From: an uncultured delta proteobacterium
GTDB taxonomy: Bacteria; Desulfobacterota; Zymogenia; Zymogenales; Zymogenaceae
Assembly: GCA_963792965.1 (NCBI GenBank)
Contig: CAWBYW010000016.1
Coordinates: forward strand, 266,456-330,455
Direction: 5' to 3'
Length of the DNA: 64,000 nt
Below the pieces are notes generated by a model. It saw nothing but the letters and a program-made list of their open reading frames with translations, did not search any database and was not told the origin of the DNA. Of this stretch, positions 53,076 through 61,707 are shown piece by piece; positions within the stretch are counted from its first letter, which is position 1, and each line of letters starts with the position of its first letter. The position numbers and the translations under genes are program-made.

Positions 53076-53726
53076 ATGGAAATTGCACAACTAAAGGTTG
53101 AACTGCGGGAAGGGTCCGGCAAAGGCGCTGCACGGAAGCTGCGGGCCAAGAACAAGGTACCGGGAATTTTTTACGGCCCGGGGGAAGAATCGGTCAAGGT
53201 TGCGGTAGACCCCGGCGAGATCAGGGCGGCGGTACGCACCCATGAGGGCTCGATGCCGCTGTTCTCCATTATCCCCAACGGGAAGGACGCCGAAAAGTTT
53301 GCGGGAAGCGTTGCGCTCGTCAGGGAGCTCCAGACCGATCCGCTGACTCACGAATACCTTCACATCGACCTCATGAAGATCGATCTGTCCAAGCAGATCA
53401 CGGTCGAGGTGCCGCTGCACTTCGTCGGGAAACCCCGGGGCCTCAAGAAGGGCGGCATGGTCGACGAGCAGGTCAGAAGACTGGAGGTCAAGTGCTTCCC
53501 GACCGATATTCCGGAGTTCATCGAGGTGGATATCTCGAACCTCGATCTCGGCGAATCGATCCATCTAAAAGACATCCGCCTCCCGAAGGGGGCCGACATC
53601 GATACGAGCATCAATTTCACGGTGGTCTCGGTGATCCTGCCCAAGAGGGGCAAAGAGGAAGTTGAGGCCGAGGCCGCAGCCGCCGCCGAGGCCGAACAGC
53701 CGGAGGAGACGACGCCCTCCGAGTAG
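53076..53726 (+). CDS. rplY: 50S ribosomal protein bL25 (Ctc type)
   Basis: GKGAARKLR..VPG..YG, Q.DP...LHID, IPE.IEVDIS.L.LG.SIH. Confidence 0.95.
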   Translation: MEIAQLKVELREGSGKGAARKLRAKNKVPGIFYGPGEESVKVAVDPGEIRAAVRTHEGSMPLFSIIPNGKDAEKFAGSVALVRELQTDPLTHEYLHIDLMKIDLSKQITVEVPLHFVGKPRGLKKGGMVDEQVRRLEVKCFPTDIPEFIEVDISNLDLGESIHLKDIRLPKGADIDTSINFTVVSVILPKRGKEEVEAEAAAAAEAEQPEETTPSE

Positions 53727-53855
53727 CGTCGCACCGACGGCGTCCGGACGTGATAGCCGCGCGGATACCGCCCGGAAAGGCTCTGTTTTTTGTATGGAAG
53801 AAAGCCCGATGGTGGATGAGAGCCGGCCTCGGGAGATCCAGGGGCCTATAGCGAA

Positions 53856-54419
53856 ATGAAGGCCGTCTTCGGACTCGGAAACCCGGGTGAGACATACGCC
53901 GAAACGCGCCACAACGTGGGACGCATGGTCGCCTCATCGTGGGCGAAGGACGCGGGGATTCCCGTCAAAGGCAGGAAGTACCTGGCGCGGACAGGCACCG
54001 GTGCCGTGGACGGAGAAGAGGTCATCGTCGCGCTCCCCCAGACCTATATGAACCTGAGTGGGCGCTCGGTGGCGGCCGTCACAAGACACTTTAAGCTGTC
54101 GGCGGGGGATCTCATCGTGATTTTTGACGATATGGATCTCGACTTCGGGAGGATCCGGATTCGCTCAAAGGGCGGGTCGGGAGGTCACCGGGGGGTGCAG
54201 TCGATCATCGATGAGCTCGACGCGGATGGTTTTGTCCATCTCAGGATCGGGATCGGAAGGCCGTCGGATGAACAAGACGATACGGTCGACTTTGTCCTTT
54301 CGCCCTTCTCGCGCGAAGAACGTGAAGCGCTGCCGGAGATCATCCAGAGAGCTCGCGGCGCACTTTGGGCCATCATCCGGGGCGGGGTGGTGGCGGCGAT
54401 GAACGAATTCAACGGGTAG
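53856..54419 (+). CDS. pth: peptidyl-tRNA hydrolase
   Basis: GLGNPG..Y..TRHNVG, TYMNLSG, DDMDL, GGH.G, RIGIGRP. Confidence 0.97.
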   Translation: MKAVFGLGNPGETYAETRHNVGRMVASSWAKDAGIPVKGRKYLARTGTGAVDGEEVIVALPQTYMNLSGRSVAAVTRHFKLSAGDLIVIFDDMDLDFGRIRIRSKGGSGGHRGVQSIIDELDADGFVHLRIGIGRPSDEQDDTVDFVLSPFSREEREALPEIIQRARGALWAIIRGGVVAAMNEFNG

Positions 54420-54550
54420 CCTCGCGGCTGTCCGGAGGCGTGGGATACGCGGCCAGCACGGTCGGGTAATGTGCGAGGCCGGGGGCGCCTGGAACGTCGC
54501 CCGCCGGGGCGATAGTGGGCGGACGGCCCGTTTTTCGAGAAACTATTTCC

Positions 54551-54605
54551 TTGACATCAAAATCATGTCGTGCTATTTTCCGCAATTGAATGAATCTTCA
54601 TTCAT
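54551..54605 (+). promoter_or_regulatory. hppA promoter plus 20-bp palindromic operator
   Basis: TTGACA-17-TATTTT (TG extended -10), then TTGAATGAATCTTCATTCAT at 54586..54605. Confidence 0.72.
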
Positions 54606-54680
54606 GATAGTTTGGTAATGGTCGGGTTGGAAATGGAGTAGAAGGTATACTGTAACGATAACCAGAAAGAGAGGTACGCA

Positions 54681-56735
54681 ATGAGTCAAATTGTCATATT
54701 TGCATTTATCGCGGGGTTTCTTGGCGTGGCCTACGCCCTGATCACCGCCGCCTGGGTCATCAAGCAGCCCAGCGGCAGCGATAAGATGCGCGAGATCTCC
54801 GATGCCGTGAAGGAAGGCGCCACTGCCTTCCTGAAGCGCGAGTACCTGACGGTCGCCGCGGTGGCGGTGGTGCTCGTGATCCTGTTGTTTTTCCTCAATA
54901 AGTGGGCGGCCATCGGATTCATCGTCGGAACGGTGGGATCGGCCCTGGCCGGTTATATCGGCATGATGGTGACGGTCCGCGCCAACGTGCGCACCGCGGA
55001 AGCCGCAAAGTCCGGGCTGCAGAAGGCGTTATCTCTTGCCTTCAAGGGCGGGTCGGTTACGGGCATCATGGTCGTGGGGCTGGGCCTCTTGGGGATAACG
55101 GGATACTTTTCCATCGTCAAGGCGGTTGCGCCGATCGAGCAGGCATTCCATGCCCTGATCGGCCTCGGGTTCGGGTGCTCCCTTATGAGCGTCTTTGCCC
55201 GTATCGCAGGCGGGATCTACACGAAGGCGGCCGACGTGGGCGCAGACCTCGTCGGTAAGGTCGAGGCGGGCATCCCCGAGGACGACCCCCGCAACCCCGC
55301 CGTTATCGCGGACAACGTGGGCGATAACGTCGGCGACTGCGCCGGGATGGCGGCCGACCTCTACGAGACCTACACGGTAACCATCGTGGCAGCCATGCTG
55401 TTGGCAAAGACCGCCTTCGGTCCCGACAGCCTGTGGGTGCAGTTCCCGCTCCTCATCGGCGGAATTTCCATCATCGCATCGATCATCGGGACGTACTTTG
55501 CTAAAATGGGCAAGAAACAGTACATCATGGGCGCCCTCTATAAGGCGCTGGCGGTCTCAGGCGTGCTGGCGGCGATCGCGTTTTACTTCGCATCGTCCTG
55601 GTTCCTGAATCTGTTACCCTTAGAGGAGCAGATCTTCACGCCGGTAAGCGTCTTCGGCATGGCTGTCATCGGCCTGGTCCTCACCGGCCTGATCGTGATG
55701 ATCACCGAGTACTTCACCAGCACGAAATATAAACCGGTCAAGCATATCGCCAACGCGAGCCAGACCGGTCATGCGACCAACATCATAGCCGGGTTGGCCG
55801 TGAGCATGAGATCGACGGCACTTCCGGTCCTGGTCATCTGCGCCGCGATCTTCGGGGCCTACTACCTCGGCGGTGGGTTTGCCGGCAACGCGCTGGGCGG
55901 GCTCTTTGCCATCGGGCTCTCGGCCGTTGCGATGCTTTCAATGACGGGTATCGTGGTGGCCATCGATTCCTACGGGCCCATTACCGATAACGCCGGCGGC
56001 ATCGCCGAGATGGCGAAACTCCCCGCGGGAGTCCGGGCGATCACCGATCCGCTGGACGCCGTTGGCAACACCACCAAGGCCGTCACCAAGGGATACGCGA
56101 TCGGCTCGGCGGCGCTGGCCGCACTGGTCCTCTTTGCGGAATATTCCCGGTCCTTCGGCAGCGGCCTCGTCTTTGACCTCTCCGATCCAAGGGTCCTCAT
56201 CGGGCTCCTCATCGGCGGCCTGCTCCCGTTCTACTTCGGCTCGCTCCTCATGGAGGCGGTCGGAACGGCGGCGGGCGGCGTGGTCGAGGAAGTGCGCCGT
56301 CAGTTCAAGGCGTTCCCCGGGATCATGAAGGGCACGGCCAAACCCGAGTACGGGACCTGCGTTGACATCGTCACCAAAGGCGCCATCAAGCAGATGATGC
56401 TGCCCGCGCTCCTTCCCGTGGCCACACCGATTCTGGTAGGCATCATCCTGGGCAAGGAGGCCCTCGGGGGCGTGTTAATCGGGACGATCATCACCGGGCT
56501 CTTCTTGGCCATCTCCATGACGAGCGGCGGTGGCGCGTGGGACAACGCCAAGAAGTATATTGAAGACGGAAATCTCGGCGGCAAGAAGTCCGACGCCCAC
56601 AAGGCAGCGGTCACGGGCGACACGGTCGGCGATCCCTATAAGGACACCGCGGGGCCGGCGATCAACCCGATGATCAAGGTCATCAACATCGTCGCCCTCC
56701 TGATTGTTCCCATCATCCAGAAGATCTGGGGGTAG
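54681..56735 (+). CDS. hppA: membrane-bound H+-translocating pyrophosphatase, K+-independent type
   Basis: [33 protein letters not shown] (Lys marks the K+-independent class), GDTVGDP.KDT. Confidence 0.96.
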   Translation: MSQIVIFAFIAGFLGVAYALITAAWVIKQPSGSDKMREISDAVKEGATAFLKREYLTVAAVAVVLVILLFFLNKWAAIGFIVGTVGSALAGYIGMMVTVRANVRTAEAAKSGLQKALSLAFKGGSVTGIMVVGLGLLGITGYFSIVKAVAPIEQAFHALIGLGFGCSLMSVFARIAGGIYTKAADVGADLVGKVEAGIPEDDPRNPAVIADNVGDNVGDCAGMAADLYETYTVTIVAAMLLAKTAFGPDSLWVQFPLLIGGISIIASIIGTYFAKMGKKQYIMGALYKALAVSGVLAAIAFYFASSWFLNLLPLEEQIFTPVSVFGMAVIGLVLTGLIVMITEYFTSTKYKPVKHIANASQTGHATNIIAGLAVSMRSTALPVLVICAAIFGAYYLGGGFAGNALGGLFAIGLSAVAMLSMTGIVVAIDSYGPITDNAGGIAEMAKLPAGVRAITDPLDAVGNTTKAVTKGYAIGSAALAALVLFAEYSRSFGSGLVFDLSDPRVLIGLLIGGLLPFYFGSLLMEAVGTAAGGVVEEVRRQFKAFPGIMKGTAKPEYGTCVDIVTKGAIKQMMLPALLPVATPILVGIILGKEALGGVLIGTIITGLFLAISMTSGGGAWDNAKKYIEDGNLGGKKSDAHKAAVTGDTVGDPYKDTAGPAINPMIKVINIVALLIVPIIQKIWG

Positions 56736-56779
56736 CGGCGTGTCGGGTGACGGCATAGCCGTCAGCTAAAGGCACTACG

Positions 56780-56812
56780 AGGGGCGTCGGATGACATATC
56801 CGACGCCCCTTT
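56780..56812 (+). terminator. probable intrinsic terminator after hppA
   Basis: AGGGGCGTCGGAT-GACAT-ATCCGACGCCCCT plus TT. Confidence 0.7.
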
Positions 56813-56938
56813 CATTATCGGGCCTGATAAAAGGTAAAGACTGCCAAACGGGCACCACGCACTTGACAAAACTATAGTACGTGGCTCATAATTAAAGAAG
56901 CGCGTATCTTAATAATCCCATCCTTTTGGAGAGACGAT

Positions 56939-57931
56939 ATGGCACCCGATAAGGACCTGTACGAACAGCTGTCGGACCGGATCATGACGACCGGCTCAAG
57001 GCTCATCCCCGAGCTTTTCCGGTTCATCGCGACCGACGAGGACGCGCGGCTCATGCTGGCGACCCCCGGCACGGTCGATGAGCTTGCCGAAAAAACAGGT
57101 AAAGACAAGGCCGATGTGCAAAAGAGGCTCGATGACCTCTTCCACAAGGGGCTCATGTTCAAAGCCAGGAAGGAAAGCGGGGTCGTCTACAAGATGTGCA
57201 AGGACCTCGTCCAGTTCCACGACGGAACGATTCTGTGGCAGGAGGCGCCCAAGGCGTACCATCAGCTCTGGAAAAAATACATGGACCAGGAGTGGTTCGA
57301 CTACGCCAAGCTCATCGAGAAGTTCGTCAAGGAGCCCTTTACCCGCGTCGTACCGGTGGGAGAGTCCGTCAAGGCCGACGGGCAGATCCAGACCGTCGAT
57401 GACGTGAACCGGATCATCGATAACACCAACCGCGTGGCGGTGACCGACTGCACGTGCCGGACGATCGACGGCAAGTGCGGGCATGAGCTGAAGGTCTGCG
57501 TCCAGGTGGGGCGCTCGGCCGAGTATGCCCTTGAGCGTGGCACGGGCACGGAGCTAACCAAGGATGAGGCCAAGGCGCTCATCAAGCGGTGCGACGAGGC
57601 GGGGCTCGTGCATGTGATCATGAACAGCGCCACGAAGCAGAACTTTATCTGCAACTGCTGCTCGGATTGCTGCCAGACGATGCCGGTCTTCGTGAAGGCG
57701 GGGGTGAAGATCCTCTCGCCGAGCCGCTTTGCGGCCGGGGTCGACAGCGATGTCTGCACGGGCTGCGAGTCGTGCGTGGAGCGCTGTTTCTTCTCGGCGA
57801 TCTCAATGGACGACGGCACGGCCAGCGTGGACGTGACCAAGTGCATGGGGTGCGGCGTCTGCGCCCCGGCCTGCCCGGCCGAGGCGATCAGCCTTTCTGA
57901 AGTACGGGCAAAAGAGACGATACCTGCATAA
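56939..57931 (+). CDS. 4Fe-4S dicluster-domain protein with N-terminal HTH-like region and Cys-rich core
   Basis: CTCR, ICNCCSDCC, C-terminal CTGCESCVERC and CMGCGVCAPACP. Confidence 0.88.
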   Translation: MAPDKDLYEQLSDRIMTTGSRLIPELFRFIATDEDARLMLATPGTVDELAEKTGKDKADVQKRLDDLFHKGLMFKARKESGVVYKMCKDLVQFHDGTILWQEAPKAYHQLWKKYMDQEWFDYAKLIEKFVKEPFTRVVPVGESVKADGQIQTVDDVNRIIDNTNRVAVTDCTCRTIDGKCGHELKVCVQVGRSAEYALERGTGTELTKDEAKALIKRCDEAGLVHVIMNSATKQNFICNCCSDCCQTMPVFVKAGVKILSPSRFAAGVDSDVCTGCESCVERCFFSAISMDDGTASVDVTKCMGCGVCAPACPAEAISLSEVRAKETIPA

Positions 57932-57937
57932 CAATAA

Positions 57938-57968
57938 CCCGGCCGACACGACGGACGTGTCGGCCGGG
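57938..57968. terminator. GC-rich hairpin between convergent units
   Basis: CCCGGCCGACACG-ACGGA-CGTGTCGGCCGGG 13-bp stem. Confidence 0.6.
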
Positions 57969-57972
57969 AATC

Positions 57973-58165
57973 CTACCGCTTTAGTTCCGCCTTTATCTCC
58001 TCATGCATCTCTTTCGTCTCGGGTATCCGGGATGAACCAGACGGCCACGAGCACCATTACCGTGGGAATTACCCCGACAAGCAGCCTGATGGCGACGAGC
58101 GCCGCCTCTTTCTGGGGGAAGACGTTCTCGGCGTAGCCCGAGAGATCCAGGAAGAGGCCGAGTGA
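57973..58165 (-). pseudogene. orphan 3' remnant of a GPH (MelB-like) sugar:cation symporter
   Basis: SLGLFLDLSGYAENVFPQKEAALVAIRLLVGVIPTVMVLVAVWFI../YP.TKEMHEEIKAELKR*; no upstream coding sequence. Confidence 0.65.
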
Positions 58166-58274
58166 CGTCGTTTTGGACCGGCAGCGTTACAGCGCGTTGT
58201 TTATGATCCTTTGCGAATCGTTTGATTTTCCATCGCCGTTCTGGTATGATTTTTCAAGTCCATAGGAGAAAGCC

Positions 58275-59874
58275 GTGAAAAAAAAGGGCGCCTTTTGTCT
58301 CATGCTCCACTCCCACATCCCCTACTGCAAGAAGTCCGGTGTCTGGCCGGCCGGCGAGGAGTGGCTCTTCGAGGCGATGAACGAGTGCTATATACCGCTC
58401 CTCATCGTGCTGAGAAGGCTCTTCCTTGAGGGAATCCGCCCCGGGATCACGATCGGGGTCGTGCCGGTGCTGGCCGAGCAGCTGTGCGATCCCTACATGA
58501 AGGCCCGCTTCCTCGAATATATGGGCGACAAGATCACGCGGGCGGACCTCGATATCGAGCGGTTCGGCGATGACCCGAAAAGAAGGCGTGTCGCCGAATA
58601 CTGGAAAGAGCGTTTCGAGGATAACGTCCGGGCCTACGTGAAAGACTTTCATCAGGATATCCTCGGCACGCTGAAATGGCTTCAGGATGAATCCGCCATC
58701 GAGGTGATCACGTCGGCCGCCACCCACGGCTTTCTGCCACTCATGGCGCATGACAGCGCGCTCTATGCCCAGATCAAGGTCGGCGTCGACACCTACACGA
58801 AGCATCTCGGGAGGCCGCCGCGCGGCTTCTGGCTGCCCGAGTGCGCCTACCGGCCGGCCGAGGACGCGGGAGGAAGGCGGCGTAAGGCGCTGGACGAGTG
58901 GCTTGCGGACTTCGGGATCGAGTATTTCATCGTCGAGGAAGTGGGGATCATCCGCGCCGCCGTGGTCGAAGACCGGGCGAAGTGCGGCGCCCCGACGACC
59001 GACCGGGGATACCGGCTGCCCTCGGGCCTCTCGGTCTTCGGGAGGAATTCAGCCACGGGGCGGCAGGTCTGGTCGTCGGCCGTCGGCTACCCGTCCGGGG
59101 CCGACTACCTCGAGTTCCACTGGAAGGACCCGGAGTCGGGACTGCGCTATCACCGGGTGACGGGCAAGGACAAGAAGCTCCTCTACGACCCGACCCGGGC
59201 GGCGGCCCGGGTCAAGAAGGGACGCGGCGGGCTTCGTGAGGCTCCTTGCCTCCGAGGTCAAGCGGGCTACGTCCGCGGGGGCCCTTGGCCCGGTCATCGT
59301 CTCGCCCTACGACACGGAGCTCTTCGGCCACTGGTGGCACGAGGGGCCCGCCTTCATCGAGAATGTGTGCCGCGCGCTCGCGCAGTCGCGCGCAGCCGTC
59401 CCCATGACACTGTCGCACTACACAGAGGATAACAGAGACACGTTTCAGACGATCGAGATGGGACCGTCGAGCTGGGGAGAAAACGGAGACTTCACCGTCT
59501 GGAAAAACCCCGAGCACGGCTGGATCTGGCCGCTGATAAACGACACATGCCGACACATGGAAGAGGTCTTGGGGGGAATTGAGGCGGCGGGCTATGCGCC
59601 TGACGAGCGGGGGAAGCGGATTTTGCGCCAGATGGCGCGCGAGCTGCTCCTCATGCAGGGCAGCGACTGGCCCTTCCTCCTCTATACTGAGCAGGCGCGG
59701 GAATACGCCAACCAGCGATTTCACCACCACCACCAGAGGTTCTTGAAGCTGTTGTGGGGGGCGCGGGACCTGGAGGACCGGGGCCGCGTGTCGGACCGGG
59801 ACCTTGCCGAGATGGAGGATATCGACGGGGTGTGGGGGGGGTTAGACTATGGGATATTCCGCAAATATAAATAG
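58275..59874 (+). CDS. GH57 glycoside hydrolase, 1,4-alpha-glucan branching-enzyme type (frameshift near 59220)
   Basis: HSHIPY, EEWLFEA..E.YIP, ATHGFLP, FWLPECAY, PYDTELFGHWWHEG, LL.QGSDWPF. Confidence 0.92.
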
Positions 59875-60087
59875 TAAAACGCCGGCTATTATTACACCTC
59901 GGATCTTACGTGCGTAATCGTGTCTTCTGAAATATCATCCAAGCCGTTTGCTTTGCTTTGTGTTCCTTCTTATAATTATTCCAACACCGTCACTCCTTCC
60001 GCTATAAGCATCTGTCAACCTAATACAACGGACTCTTATGCGGATGCACCGACCCGGTGAGAAATGGAAAAAAACATTTACGGCTTC

Positions 60088-60111
60088 GTAGGGGCACGAC
60101 ATGTCGTGCCC
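60088..60111 (+). repeat. REP-like GTAG palindrome
   Basis: GTAG followed by GGGCACGAC-AT-GTCGTGCCC; single copy in the window. Confidence 0.5.
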
Positions 60112-60132
60112 GTCAGATCTTTCGACCCTCGC

Positions 60133-60408
60133 CTATCTCCTCCTCCCGAACAATAGGCTCAGCGGCAGCGAGAAGATCACCGCCCCGATGATCGACCAGA
60201 TGATCGGGAAGTGCGCCCCGCCGAGGTTAATGTTGAAAAGCTCCGGGAGCCCGAGGTGCCTTGCCACCCAGGTGCCGATGATGGCGCCGATGAAGCCTAC
60301 CGCCGTCGAGGCCAGGCACCCCTTGTTGTTGAAGCCCGTCAGGGCCATGCCGACCGAGCCGCAGACCGCGGCGATGATGAGCAGAAGGATAAATTCGAGG
60401 ATAGTCAT
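60133..60408 (-). CDS. GlsB/YeaQ/YmgE stress-response membrane protein
   Basis: GC..S..VGFIGA.IG.W....LG.P, PI.WSIIGA. Confidence 0.85.
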   Translation of the reverse strand: MTILEFILLLIIAAVCGSVGMALTGFNNKGCLASTAVGFIGAIIGTWVARHLGLPELFNINLGGAHFPIIWSIIGAVIFSLPLSLLFGRRR

Positions 60409-60562
60409 ACGTCCCCCTCTTTTCCGATTATAAGAGCTCGAAACTCAAACCGATAGTATATTGTTCCTATTATAGCACGCACTTTTTTGCCCGCTCACAA
60501 AAAAATTGCCCGGCGCGACGTTTTTTGTTATAAAGGGGGACGACAAGAAAGAGGAGGAAGAC

Positions 60563-61498
60563 GTGAGAGACCGACACAACCCCGATTGGAAGATGGACAC
60601 CCGGTGCGTCCACGCCGGCGAGGGCACCGACCCCGAGACGAAGGCAATCCGCCGGCCCATCCATATGGCAAACTCCTACGAGCTCCCCACCGACATCGAA
60701 GAGCTCCTCAAGACCGTCTCGTGGGAGCACCTGGACAAATTCTCCTACACCCGCGAGCATAACCCGACCGCGCGCCACCTCGAGGAGCGGCTGGCCGAGC
60801 TCGAGGGCGGGCAGGACTGCGTCGTGGCGGCCAGCGGCATGGGTGCGATCGCCGCGACACTCTTTGCGCTTCTTTCCGTGGGCGACCATATCGTCTGCTC
60901 GGAGATCTGCTACACCGGCACCCAGAAGCTCGTCGGGGTGCACCTCGTTCGCTTCGGGGTCGAGGTCTCCATGGTGGACAGCTCCGACCTCGCCGAGGTG
61001 AAGGCCGCCATCAGGCCGAATACAAAAGTTGTGCTCGTGGAGACGCCGGGAAACCCGCTGGTGATCATCAGCGACATCGCCGCGATCGCCGAGATGGCCC
61101 ACAAGGTCGGGGCGCTCTTGGTGGTCGACTCGACCTGGTCGGGGCTGGTCACGCAAAAGCCGCTCACGCTCGGGGCCGACCTCGTGATCCACAGCACGAC
61201 AAAATATATTAATGGCCACGGCGACAGCCTGGGCGGCGCGGTGATCGGGCCACAGAAGATCCTCACGGAGATCCGGGAGCGCGGGATCGTCCACCTCGGC
61301 GCCTGCATCTCGCCCTTCAACGCGTGGCTGATCCTGCGCGGCTCCGTCACGCTCCCGATCCGCATGGCCCGGCACTCCGAAAACGGGCAGCGGGTGGCCG
61401 AGTTCCTGGAGGCCCACCCGAAGGTGAAGTCGGTGCGCTATCCCGGCCTGAAATCGTTTCCCGAGCACGGGCTCGCCAGTGACCAGGGACGAAAATAA
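60563..61498 (+). CDS. PLP-dependent trans-sulfuration enzyme (methionine gamma-lyase/cystathionine gamma-synthase family), 3'-truncated near 61478
   Basis: Y.R..NPT, ASGMGAI, ETPGNP, HSTTKYINGHGD, YPGL; the family C-terminal domain is missing. Confidence 0.9.
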   Translation: MRDRHNPDWKMDTRCVHAGEGTDPETKAIRRPIHMANSYELPTDIEELLKTVSWEHLDKFSYTREHNPTARHLEERLAELEGGQDCVVAASGMGAIAATLFALLSVGDHIVCSEICYTGTQKLVGVHLVRFGVEVSMVDSSDLAEVKAAIRPNTKVVLVETPGNPLVIISDIAAIAEMAHKVGALLVVDSTWSGLVTQKPLTLGADLVIHSTTKYINGHGDSLGGAVIGPQKILTEIRERGIVHLGACISPFNAWLILRGSVTLPIRMARHSENGQRVAEFLEAHPKVKSVRYPGLKSFPEHGLASDQGRK

Positions 61499-61707
61499 CT
61501 GAGGCGAGCTTCGATAATGGGTTTTGAGTCGCATTTTTTTAGCGTTGTTGTATTGACCACGGGTGAAAGATCATTTTCTGTGGTTGCGCAGTTAAAGAAG
61601 AAAATAAAATGCTTAAAGAAAAAGCATAGAGTGGTGGGTATGTGTCCTGGTCGAACCCGACAAAGACGATAGTTAAAATGTCTTGAAGAGAAAGGGGTCA
61701 TATTCAT
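61478..61707 (-). CDS. 5' fragment of an AT-rich, possibly exported protein, cut at the junction
   Basis: ATG overlaps the stop of the surface-protein gene (ATGA); hydrophobic stretch then IIEARLSYFRPWS; ends in high-GC DNA. Confidence 0.35.
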
